A DNA stretch of 64,000 nucleotides, taken from NCBI RefSeq assembly GCF_964213995.1, contig NC_135805.1:145886001-145950000 (forward strand), in the 5' to 3' direction. The first letter of the stretch is position 1; every line of letters starts with the position of its first letter. This document shows positions 23,992 through 35,300 of this stretch, piece after piece. The notes under the pieces are model-generated. The model searched no databases. It saw nothing but the letters and a program-made list of their open reading frames with translations, and was not told where the DNA came from. The DNA comes from Mustelus asterias (lineage: Eukaryota). A program made the position numbers and the translations under genes.

Positions 23992-24513
<522 letters not shown>

Positions 24514-24728
24514 TCACCCTCATAGCAACCACAGGCTGCCAGCTCTGATTGGCTGAGCTCGGATGGCGCCTGATTTTCAAAATTCACCGCCAAAAATACC
24601 GCCAATTTCACTGCAAACTTTTCCTCACTGCCTTCGCACCAGGAACACATTCAGATTCATTCCGTGATAGAGCCAGAACACGGCCATGTCGCGCATCAGG
24701 TTTCTACAGGTAATTAAGTCTGACTATA

Positions 24729-24886
24729 TATGCCCTATTTGTGAACCCAATTCTCCACTCACCTGATGAAGGAGCAGCGCTCCGAAAACTCATGATACCA
24801 AATAAACCTGTTAGATTTTAACCTGGTGGTGGGAGACTTCCTACTGTGCCCAACCCAGTCCAACGCCGGCAACTCCACATCGTGAC
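24729..24886 (+). mobile_element. Solo Penelope terminal repeat with hammerhead motif (24759-24795)
   Basis: UCAC-CUGAUGA-A-GGAGC(AGC)GCUCC-GAAAACU-C-AUGA followed by the CCAAATAAACCTGTT tail. Confidence 0.75.
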
Positions 24887-25428
24887 CTATAAACAGACTG
24901 GAGTAAATCTCCGATTTGCGGAAAAAAGGCTTAAGGACTTTGTAGGGAGGGGAATTGCGATTGAGCCGATTGAAAGAAAGGAACATAAATACACATCAGT
25001 TTAAAACACCACAAATTTTAATATTAAATGATCAACAGGAAATTACAGCAATAATATTCTATCCATCATTATTCTACCCAATAGCCAGTATGTGCTTTTC
25101 TATCAGATGCACATGCGAGAATCAGACATATTTCGCTTCAACAAGCGCCAATCACATTCAGAATAAAATAAAAGCGAAAGTTGGCGGATGCTGGGGTCTG
25201 GAACAAAAACCGTAAAGTACTGGAAAATTCCAGGTCTGCCGGCATCTATTGGGAGAGAATACAACGCTGGCGAAATCATGTGTGCTGTCAGGCTGTTAGG
25301 TAACGGGACACAGTTTCACGCAAAATGGTCCGACTCCTTAATGGTTAAAATATGACCGGAGAACAGGTAACATATCTGTCAAATTACTACTACACCAAGG
25401 TCAGTGCTCTCAATGTGAGGATGTGGGC

Positions 25429-25444
25429 GGCTCTGAAAAGAGCC
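25429..25444 (-). terminator. Histone 3' stem-loop of H4(-)
   Basis: Reverse complement GGCTCTTTTCAGAGCC. Confidence 0.95.
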
Positions 25445-25476
25445 TTTGGGTTTTTGTGAAAATTGGGTGGATTTGT

Positions 25477-25797
<321 letters not shown>

Positions 25798-26543
25798 TCA
25801 GTCAAATCGCTGCTGAATGAGGGAGGAGCTGCTGCAGCTTCCTTTATTATACAGCTCGCCCCGACCTGACTGAGAAAGAGAGAGAGAGAGAGAGGCGGGG
25901 CGGGGAGGAGACTGACAGACAGACAGAGCAGTGAAATGTTTTTCACCATCCAGCTCCTCCTCCTGCCGGCTCGAACCGACATTTTTGATTCAAATTCAAA
26001 CAGAATCGAAAAGAGCGCGTGGAACAAAAGTATAACTGTAATATGAGATACAAGCTAGTTAGAAACCCGGATCCATTCAATCGAGACCCGTCAGTAACAT
26101 TTCCGCCTCAGTGCAATCCTTTCTATAACCAGTCGAACTGCCTCCTCCCATTTCAATCCCATCTCCTGTTCCATTCCCGACAACTCTTCTTCCAGACGGG
26201 TTGAGAATTTTATTCAGATCTCTCCCAGCTGATAAAATGTGTTTGGGGTTTGAGTTGTGAGGTGGGCTTTCTCTGCCAGGATTCCTCTTTTACACCCACA
26301 CCCTGAATCTGTGAATAAACAAACTAACACAAAGTGTGTGTTCCCCTGGAGCCATTCCCGGGTCAGGGAGAGGCAGCAACATCCCTGTGTTTGAGTGCAG
26401 AGTGTGAGGGGGGTCCGGGTCTGGAACATGTCAGCGAGTGAGCGGGAATATTGGATTGATATTTCTACCTGAAATCTGCTCCCAGCGCCGGGACAGCGAT
26501 TCACTGCCGCGGGGGGTTCAGCTCATTCCTGAGAGAGGTGGGT

Positions 26544-26559
26544 GGCTCTGAGAAGAGCC
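26544..26559 (-). terminator. Histone 3' stem-loop of H1
   Basis: Reverse complement GGCTCTTCTCAGAGCC-ACCCA, followed by AATGAGCTG (HDE-like). Confidence 0.9.
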
Positions 26560-26595
26560 TTTGGGTTTAGAGGTTTAGGATTTGCTCGGTGTATT

Positions 26596-27243
26596 TCACT
26601 TCTTTCCTGCTTTCTTAGACTTTGCTGCAGCCGTTTTGGGTTTGGCCTTCGATGTCTTTCCCTTCGTGACCTTCTTCACAACAATCTTTTTCTTGGGTGT
26701 CACTTTCTTCACGCTCTTTTTTGGAGTCGCCTTCTTGATTGTTTTCTTGACTGTTTTCTTCGCTATGGGTTTCTTGGCTGCTGGTTTCTTGGCTGCTGGT
26801 TTCTTTGTTGCCGTTTTCTTTGTTGCTGGTTTCTTTGTTGCTTTCTTGGCCACCGCTTTCTTCACTGGGGTTTTCTTCTCCGCTCCTACCTTTACCTTCT
26901 TTACAGTTTTCCGCTCCGCTGTTTTCTGAGGGAGTTTGAAGGAGCCGGAGGCGCCAATGCCACTGTACTGAATCAGCTTTCCATTTTCCACATTCCTCTT
27001 TAAACTTTGCCTGATCAGGGCCACCCGTTTCTCCACATTCACCCCTTTGCTCCGCAGCTCCTTCTTGATGGCGGCAGCGGAGATCCCCTTGCGATTCTTG
27101 CTTTCCACCACGATCTGGAGGATCAGATCGCCCAGACTGGGACCTGTTGCTTTCTTCCGGGGAGCCGCTGCCTTCTTCTTCTTGGCTGTCTTGCTTGTGG
27201 CGGCGGCTGGAGGAGCCGTTTCGGGGGCTGCACTGTCGCTCAT
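26596..27243 (-). CDS. H1: Linker histone H1 (replication-dependent, divergent globular domain)
   Basis: 215 aa from MSDSAAPETAPP. Globular domain GPSLGDLILQIV...RKGISAAAIKKEL...GIGASGSFKL, K/A/P-rich tail, stem-loop, and H1 AC box (AAACACA, 27389-27395) with a GC box upstream. Confidence 0.93.
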   Translation of the reverse strand: MSDSAAPETAPPAAATSKTAKKKKAAAPRKKATGPSLGDLILQIVVESKNRKGISAAAIKKELRSKGVNVEKRVALIRQSLKRNVENGKLIQYSGIGASGSFKLPQKTAERKTVKKVKVGAEKKTPVKKAVAKKATKKPATKKTATKKPAAKKPAAKKPIAKKTVKKTIKKATPKKSVKKVTPKKKIVVKKVTKGKTSKAKPKTAAAKSKKAGKK

Positions 27244-28101
27244 GTCTGGAACTCTGCACCAAATCTCTCCGTCAATGTGAACTGGATGAGAAATGAAGCG
27301 TCTGGAGGCGACACTGAGCAACTTAAAGGCAGCGAGCGGACGGGGCGGAGACAAGCTGCTGTCAGCTCCAGGCTGCTGCTGCCTTCTCTGTGTTTCTCTT
27401 TCGTCCCAAACTCTCAATTTCCACTCAAATCCCGGCTCCACTCTGTCCCACGTTCAATCCTCACTGTGTCTGACATCCTAATGTCTGTTGTAGAAAGGAT
27501 TTCACCCGGAGTGAAGGCTGCATTTGGGATTAAATCCCGTTTCGCTGCTGTACTGTTCGCGCTCTCTCACCCCATCGCTGTCATCTTCCTCACTTTTCGA
27601 CTGAAATTTGGAAACCGACATAGAAATTGCATTGAAATCTAACTTTGAGAAGTAGGAGGGATACAGGGGGAGAATTTGATTGAAAAATATTTTTATTTTA
27701 CGCAAGAATGATGCGGAGATCTCATGATCTGAACGGACACACAAACACAGTGATGTTCTTCTGTTTCCCCCGCCCCTATCACACACTCTCTCCTGCACAA
27801 TATTCACATCTACACAATCCCAGGCTAAAATGATTTTGCAATTTAAACTTCCCAGGACATATTGTCGCTTTCTTCCACACTTAGCCCACGTTATGTTGGT
27901 TAATCGTAAATTCTCCATTCACTTTGTTCATCTCTCTGTATTTTCTGCCCACATATTGTGTGTTAACCTCACTCCCCAGCAACAGCCAATCAGATGTCTT
28001 TTCATAAAATTACATTGATTGTGCACCTTTCTTCAAGGTGAAAATGCAAATGATCTCTTCACTAAACCTAGAGTTTATCCTCTTGCACTGCTCAGCAACA
28101 C

Positions 28102-28262
28102 AGATGTGGAGATGCCGGCGTTGGACAGGGGTAAACACAGTAAGAAGTCTCACAACACCAGGATAAAGTCCCTGATGAAGGGGCAGCGCTCCGAAAGCGA
28201 GTGGCTTTTGCTGCCAAATAAACCTGCTGGACTTTAACCTGGTGTTGTGAGAATTCTTACTG
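28102..28262. mobile_element. Palindromic Penelope terminal-repeat mini-element with a central hammerhead remnant
   Basis: Arm 28138-28171 is the inverted complement of 28229-28262. CUGAUGA-A-GGGGC(AGC)GCUCC-GAAAGCGA lies at 28172-28200. Confidence 0.75.
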
Positions 28263-28264
28263 CA

Positions 28265-28475
28265 GTAACACAGAAACAGAGAGTGAAAGATGGGAAGACA
28301 TACAGAAATAGGCATAGAGAGACATAGAGAGTCAGACTGAGATTGGAGGCACAGTGACACAGAAAGTGAAGTAGATTGAGGGATATAGAAAGTGGGAGAG
28401 ACAGACAAAGACAGATAGAATGAATCAGAGACACAGAGAATTAGAGACAGAGCGAGCGAGAGAGAGGGAAAGAAG
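28265..28475. repeat. Degenerate (AG)/(ACAG)-rich low-complexity tract
   Basis: Purine-rich GAGA/GACA repeats. Confidence 0.6.
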
Positions 28476-28664
28476 ATTCAATCCTGCACTATTGTGTCAA
28501 TATCAGAATGAAGAACAATATTATACTAACACATGCATTAGCAGATGATGTAAGATGTGGTATGAATACAGCATTAGAATACATAGATATCACAATCCAT
28601 AACTGTGCCAAAAGCATATATACATCCTCAAAGGGAAATAGAATTGCTTTGGAAACAGAACAGA

Positions 28665-29040
28665 TTAGAGGAGGTTGTAAAACAGGGGACTATGTATACC
28701 AGAGGATGTTTAAAACCAGAGACTGTGTAACATTAAGTGAGTTTGTGAAACCAGGGAAGTGCATATACCAGTGGCGTGAAGCAGGGAATTGTAAAGTGGG
28801 GGAACATGGATACCTGGGGATATGTGCACACCGGGACAGTGAGTAAGAGGAGAGAGTGTGTAAACCAGAGGATTATGTGCAAGGAGGGAAGAGTACAAAC
28901 CAGGGAAGTGTTAAATCCAACGGTATGTGTCAATGCAGGAAGTGTGCAAACCAGGGGAGAGTATAAACAGGGAGAGTGTGCAAACCAGAGGAGTGTGTAA
29001 ACACTGGGAGTGTGTAAAAAAGGGGAGTCTGTGTGAACAC
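28665..29040. repeat. Degenerate edge of the 17-bp satellite
   Basis: Diverged units such as GGGGACTATGTATACCA, GGAGAGTGTGTAAACCA and GGAAGTGTGCAAACCA. Confidence 0.8.
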
Positions 29041-29371
29041 AGTAGCACAGTGGTTAGCACTGCTGCTTCACAGCTCCAGGGACCTGGGTTCGATTCCCGG
29101 CTCGGGTTACTGTCTGTGTGGAGTTTGCACATTCTCCTCGTGTCTGCGTGGGTTTCCTCCAGGTGCTCCGGTTTCCTCCCACAGTCCAAAGATGTGCGGG
29201 TTAGGTTGTTTGGCCATGCTAAAATTGCCCTTTAGTGTCCTGAGATGCATAGGATTAGCGGGTAAAATATGTAGGGATATGGGGGTAGGGCCTGGGTGGG
29301 ATTGTGGTCGGTGCAGACTCGATGGGCCGAATGCCCTCTTTCTGCACTGTAGGGTTTCTATGATTCTATGA
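29041..29371 (+). mobile_element. Near full-length V-SINE (HE1-like) inserted in the satellite edge
   Basis: A box/B box (GGTTCGATTCC at 29087), V-domain, and a tail ending TTCTATGATTCTATGA. Confidence 0.9.
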
Positions 29372-32300
29372 ACCAGAGGAGTTTATAAACAGGGGGAGTG
29401 TGTAAACCAGGGGAGTGTGTAAACCAGGGGTGTGTGTAAACCAGGGGAGTGTGTAAACCAGGGGAGTGTGTAAACCAGGGGTGTGTGTAAACCAGGGGAG
29501 TGTGTAAACCAGGGGAGTGTGTAAACCAGGGGAGTGTGTAAACCAGGGGTGTGTGTAAACCAGGGGAGTGTGTAAACCAGGGGAGTGTGTAAACCAGGGG
29601 AGTGTGCAAACCAGGGGAGTGTGTAAACCAGGGGAGTGTGTAAACCAGGGGAGTGTGTAAACCAGGGGAGTGTGTAAATCAGGGGTGTGTGTAAACCAGG
29701 GGTGTGTGTAAACCAGGGGAGTGTGCAAACCAGGGGAGTGTGTAAATCAGGGGAGTGTGTAAACCAGGGGAGTGTGTAAACCAGGGGAGTGTGTAAACCA
29801 GGGGAGTGTGTAAACCAGGGGAGTGTGTAAACCAGGGGAGTGTGCAAACCAGGGGAGTGTGTAAACCAGGGGAGTGTGGAAACGAGGGGAGTGTGTAAAC
29901 CAGGGGAGTGTGTAAACCAGGGGAGTGTGTAAACCAGGGGAGTGTGCAAACCAGGGGAGTGTGTAAACCAGGGGTGTGTGTAAACCAGGGGAGTGTGTAA
30001 ACCAGGGGTGTGTGTAAACCAGGGGTGTGTGTAAACCAGGGGAGTGTGTAAACCAGGGGAGTGTGTAAACCAGGGGAGTGAGTAAACCAGGGGAGTGTGT
30101 AAACCAGGGGAGTGTGTAAACCAGGGGAGTGAGTAAACCAGGGGAGTGTGTAAACCAGGGGATTGTGTAAACCAGGGGAGTGTGTAAACCAGGGGAGTGA
30201 GTAAACCAGGGGAGTGTGTAAACCAGGGGATTGTGTAAACCAGGGGAGTGTGTAAACCAGGGGAGTTTGTAAACCAGGGGAGTGTGTAAACCAGGGGAGT
30301 GTGTAAACCAGGGGTGTGTGTAAACCAGGGGAGTGTGTAAACCAGGGGAGTGAGTAAACCAGGGCAGTGTGTAAACCAGGGGAGTGTGAAAACCAGGGGA
30401 GTGTGAAAACCAGGGGAGTTTGTAAATCAGGGGAATGTGTAAACCAGGGGAGTGTGTAAACCAGGGGAGTGAGTAAACCAGGGGAGTGTGTAAACCAGGG
30501 GAGTTTGTAAACCAGGGGAGTGTGTAAACCAGGGGAGTGTGTAAACCAGGGGAGTGTGAAAACCAGGGGAGTTTGTAAATCAGGGGAATGTGTAAACCAG
30601 GGGAGTGTGTAAACCAGGGGAGTGTGTAAACCAGGGGAGTGAGTAAACCAGGGGAGTGTGTAAACCAGGGGAGTGTGTAAACCAGGGGAGTGAGTAAACC
30701 AGGGGAGTGTGTAAACCAGGGGAGTGAGTAAACCAGGGGAGTGTGTAAACCAGGGGATTGTGTAAACCAGGGGAGTGTGTAAACCAGGGGAGTGAGTAAA
30801 CCAGGGGAGTGTGTAAACCAGGGGATTGTGTAAACCAGGGGAGTGAGTAAACCAGGGGAGTGTGTAAACCAGGGGATTGTGTAAACCAGGGGAGTGTGTG
30901 AACCAGGGGTGTGTGTAAACCAGGGGATTGTGTAAACCAGGGGAGTTTGTAAACCAGGGGAGTGTGTAAACCAGGGGAGTGTGTAAACCAGGGGTGTGTG
31001 TAAACCAGGGGAGTGTGTAAACCAGGGGAGTGAGTAAACCAGGGCAGTGTGTAAACCAGGGGAGTGTGAAAACCAGGGGAGTGTGAAAACCAGGGGAGTT
31101 TGTAAATCAGGGGAATGTGAAAACCAGGGGAGTGTGTAAACCAGGGGAGTGAGTAAACCAGGGCAGTGTGTAAACCAGGGGAGTGTGTAAACCAGGGGAT
31201 TGTGTAAACCAGGGGAGTGTGTAAACCAGGGGAGTGTGAAAACCAGGGGAGTGTGAAAACCAGGGGAGTTTGTAAATCAGGGGAATGTGTAAACCAGGGG
31301 AGTGTGTAAACCAGGGGAGTGAGTAAACCAGGGGAGTGTGTAAACCAGGGGAGTTTGTAAACCAGGGGAGTGTGAAAACCAGGGGAGTTTGTAAATCAGG
31401 GGAATGTGTAAACCAGGGGAGTGTGTAAACCAGGGGTGTGTGTAAACCAGGGGTGTGTGTAAACCAGGGGAGTGTGTAAACCAGGGGAGTGAGTAAACCA
31501 GGGGAGTGTGTAAACCAGGGGAGTGTGTAAACCAGGGGAGTGAGTAAACCAGGGGAGTGTGTAAACCAGGGGAGTGTGTAAACGAGGGGAGTGTGTAAAC
31601 CAGGGGTGTGTGTAAACCAGGGGAGTGTGTAAACCAGGGGTGTGTGTAAACCAGGGGAGTGTGTAAACCAGGGGTGTGTGTAAACCAGGGGAGTGAGTAA
31701 ACCAGGGGAGTGTGTAAACCAGGGGTGTGTGTAAACCAGGGGAGTGTGTAAACGAGGGGAGTGTGTAAACCAGGGGAGTGTGTAAACCAGGGGAGTGTGT
31801 AAACCAGGGGTGTGTGTAAACCAGGGGAGTGTGTAAACCAGGGGTGTGTGTAAACCAGGGGAGTGAGTAAACCAGGGGAGTGTGTAAACCAGGGGAGTGT
31901 GTAAACCAGGGGAGTGTGTAAACCAGGGGTGTGTGTAAACCAGGGGAGTGTGTAAACCAGGGGTGTGTGTAAACCAGGGGTGTGTGCAAACCAGGGGAGT
32001 GTGTAAACCAGGGGAGTGTGTAAACCAGGGGAGTGTGTAAATCAGGGGAGTGTGTAAACCAGGGGAGTGTGTAAACCAGGGGTGTGTGTAAACCAGGGGA
32101 GTGTGTAAACCAGGGGAGTGTGTAAACCAGGGGAGTGTGTAAATCAGGGGAATGTGTAAACCAGGGGAATGTGTAAACCAGGGGAGTGTGTAAACCAGGG
32201 GTGTGTGTAAATCAGGGGATTGTGTAAACCAGGGCAGTGTGTAAACCAGGGGAGTGTGTAAATCAGGGGAATGTGTAAATCAGGGGAATGTGTAAATCAG

Positions 32301-35300
32301 GGGAATGTGTAAACCAGGGGAGTGTGTAAATCAGGGGTGTGTGTAAACCAGGGGATTGTGTAAACCAGGGGAGTGTGTAAACCAGGGGAGTGTGTAAACC
32401 AGGGGATTGTGTAAACCAGGGGAGTGTGTAAACCAGGGGTGTGTGTAAACCAGCGGAGTGTGCAAACCAGGGGAGTGTGTAAACCAGGGGAGTGTGTAAA
32501 CCAGGGGAGTGTGCAAACCAGGGGAGTGTGTAAACCAGGGGAGTGTGTAAACCAGGGGTGTGTGTAAACCAGGGGAGTGTGTAAACCAGGGGAGTGTGTA
32601 AACCAGGGGAGTGTGTAAACCAGGGGAGTGTGTAAATCAGGGGAGTGTGTAAACCAGGGCAGTGTGTAAACCAGGGGAGTGTGTAAACCAGGGGAGTGTG
32701 TAAACCAGGGGAATGTGTAAATCAGGGGATTGTGTAAACCAGGGGAGTGTGTAAACCAGGGGAATGTGTAAATCAGGGGATTGTGTAAAGGAGGGGAGTG
32801 TGTAAACCAGGGGAATGTGTAAATCAGGGGATTGTGTAAACCAGGGGAGTGTGTAAACCAGGGGAGTGTGTAAACCAGGGGTGTGTGTAAACCAGGGGAG
32901 TGTGCAAACCAGGGGAGTGTGTAAACCAGGGGAGTGTGTAAACCAGGGGAGTGTGTAAACCAGGGGAGTGTGTAAACCAGGGGTGTGTGAAAACCAGGGG
33001 AGTGTGTAAACCAGGGGTGTGTGTAAACCAGGGGAGTGTGTAAACCAGGGGAGTTTGTAAATCAGGGGAATGTGTAAACCAGGGGAGTTTGTAAATCAGG
33101 GGAGTGTGTAAACCAGGGGAGTGTGTAAACCAGGGGAGTTTGTAAACCAGGGGAGTGTGTAAACCAGGGGAGTGTGTAAACCAGGGGAATGAGTAAACCA
33201 GGGGAGTGTGTAAACCAGGGGAGTGTGTAAACCAGGGGAGTGTGTAAACCAGGGGAGTGTGTAAATCAGGGGTGTGTGTAAACCAGGGGAGTGTGTAAAC
33301 CAGGGGAGTGTGTAAACCAGGGGTGTGTGTAAACCAGGGGAGTGTGTAAACCAGGGGTGTGTGTAAATCAGGGGAATGTGTAAACCAGGGCAGTGTGTAA
33401 ACCAGGGGAGTGTGTAAACCAGGGGAGTGTGTAAACCAGGGGAGTGTGTAAATCAGGGGAATGTGTAAACCAGGGGAGTGTGTAAACCAGGGGAGTGTGT
33501 AAACCAGGGGATTGTGTAAACCAGGGGAGTGTGTAAACCAGGGGAGTGTGTAAACCAGGGGAGTGTGTAAACCAGGGGATTGTGTAAACCAGGGGAGTTT
33601 GTAAACCAGGGGAGTGTGTAAACCAGGGGAGTGTGTAAACCAGGGGAGTGTGTAAACCAGAGGAGTGTGTAAACCAGGGGAGTGAGTAAACCAGGGGAGT
33701 GTGTAAACCAGGGGTGTGTGTAAACCAGGGGAGTGAGTAAACCAGGGGAGTGTGTAAACCAGGGGCGTGTGTAAACCAGGGGAGTGTGTAAACCAGGGGA
33801 GTGTGTAAACCAGGGGAGTTTGTAAACCAGGGGAGTGTGCAAACCAGGGGAGTGTGCAAACCAGGGGAGTTTGTAAACCAGGGGAGTGTGTAAACCAGGG
33901 GAGTGTGTAAACCAGTGGAATGTGTAAACCAGGGGAGTGTGTAAACCAGGGGAGTGTGTAAACCAGGGGAGTGTGTAAACCAGGGGAGTGTGTAAACCAG
34001 GGGTGTGTGAAAACCAGGGGATTTTGTAAATCAGGGGAATGTGTAAACCAGGGGAGTGTGTAAACCAGGGGACTTTGTAAACCAGGGGAGTGTGAAAACC
34101 AGGGGAGTGTGTAAACCAGGGGAGTGTGAAACCAGGGGTGTGTGTAAATCAGGGGAATGTGTAAACCAGGGGAGTGTGTAAACCAGGGGAGTTTGTAAAT
34201 CAGGGGAGTGTGTAAACCAGGGGAGTGTGTAAACCAGGGGAGTTTGTAAACCAGGGGAGTGTGTAAACCAGGGGAGTGTGTAAACCAGGGGAGTGAGTAA
34301 ACCAGGGGAGTGTGTAAACCAGGGGAGTGTGTAAACCAGGGGAGTGTGTAAACCAGGGGAGTGTGTAAACCAGGGGAGTGTGTAAACCAGGGGAGTGTGT
34401 AAACCAGGGGAGTTTGTAAACCAGGGGAGTGTGCAAACCAGGGGAGTGTGCAAACCAGGGGAGTTTGTAAACCAGGGGAGTGTGTAAACCAGGGGAGTGT
34501 GTAAACCAGGGGAGTGTGTAAACCAGTGGAATGTGTAAACCAGGGGAGTGTGTAAACCAGGGGAGTGTGTAAACCAGGGGAGTGTGTAAACCAGGGGTGT
34601 GTGTAAATCAGGGGAGTGTGTAAACCAGGGGAGTGTGTAAACCAGGGGAGTGTGTAAACCAGGGGAGTGTGTAAACCAGGGGAATGTGTAAACCAGGGGA
34701 GTGTGTAAACCAGGGGAGTGTGTAAACCAGGGGAGTGTCTAAACCAGGGGAGTGTGTAAACCAGGGGAGTGTGTAAACCAGGGGTGTGTGTAAACCAGGG
34801 GAGTGTGTAAACCAGGGGAGTGTGTAAACCAGGGGAGTGTGTAAACCAGGGGAGTGTGTAAACCAGGGGAGTGTCTAAACCAGGGGAGTGTGTAAACCAG
34901 GGGAGTGTGTAAACCAGGGGAGTGTGCAAACCAGGGGAGTGTGTAAACCAGGGGAGTGTGTAAACCAGGGGTGTGTGTAAACCAGGGGTGTGTGTAAACC
35001 AGGGGAGTGTCTAAACCAGGGGAGTGTGTAAACCAGGGGAGTGTGTAAACCAGGGGTGTGAGTAAACCAGGGGAGTGTCTAAACCAGGGGAGTGTGTAAA
35101 CCAGGGGAGTGTGTAAACCAGGGGTGTGTGTAAACCAGGGGAGTGTGTAAACCAGGGGAGTGAGTAAACCAGGGCAGTGTGTAAACCAGGGGAGTGTGAA
35201 AACCAGGGGAGTGTGAAAACCAGGGGAGTTTGTAAATCAGGGGAATGTGAAAACCAGGGGAGTGTGTAAACCAGGGGATTGTGTAAACCAGGGGAGTGTG

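Noticed and set aside
29043-29105. tRNA gene at SINE heads
   Set aside because: A/B boxes are present, but the sequence continues into the V-domain without an acceptor stem or terminator.
29372-29500. Forkhead binding array (GTAAAC) or zinc-finger-gene origin for the satellite
   Set aside because: The unit reads GTAAACC rather than GTAAACA, and similarity to the HTGEKP linker codons is too short to support.
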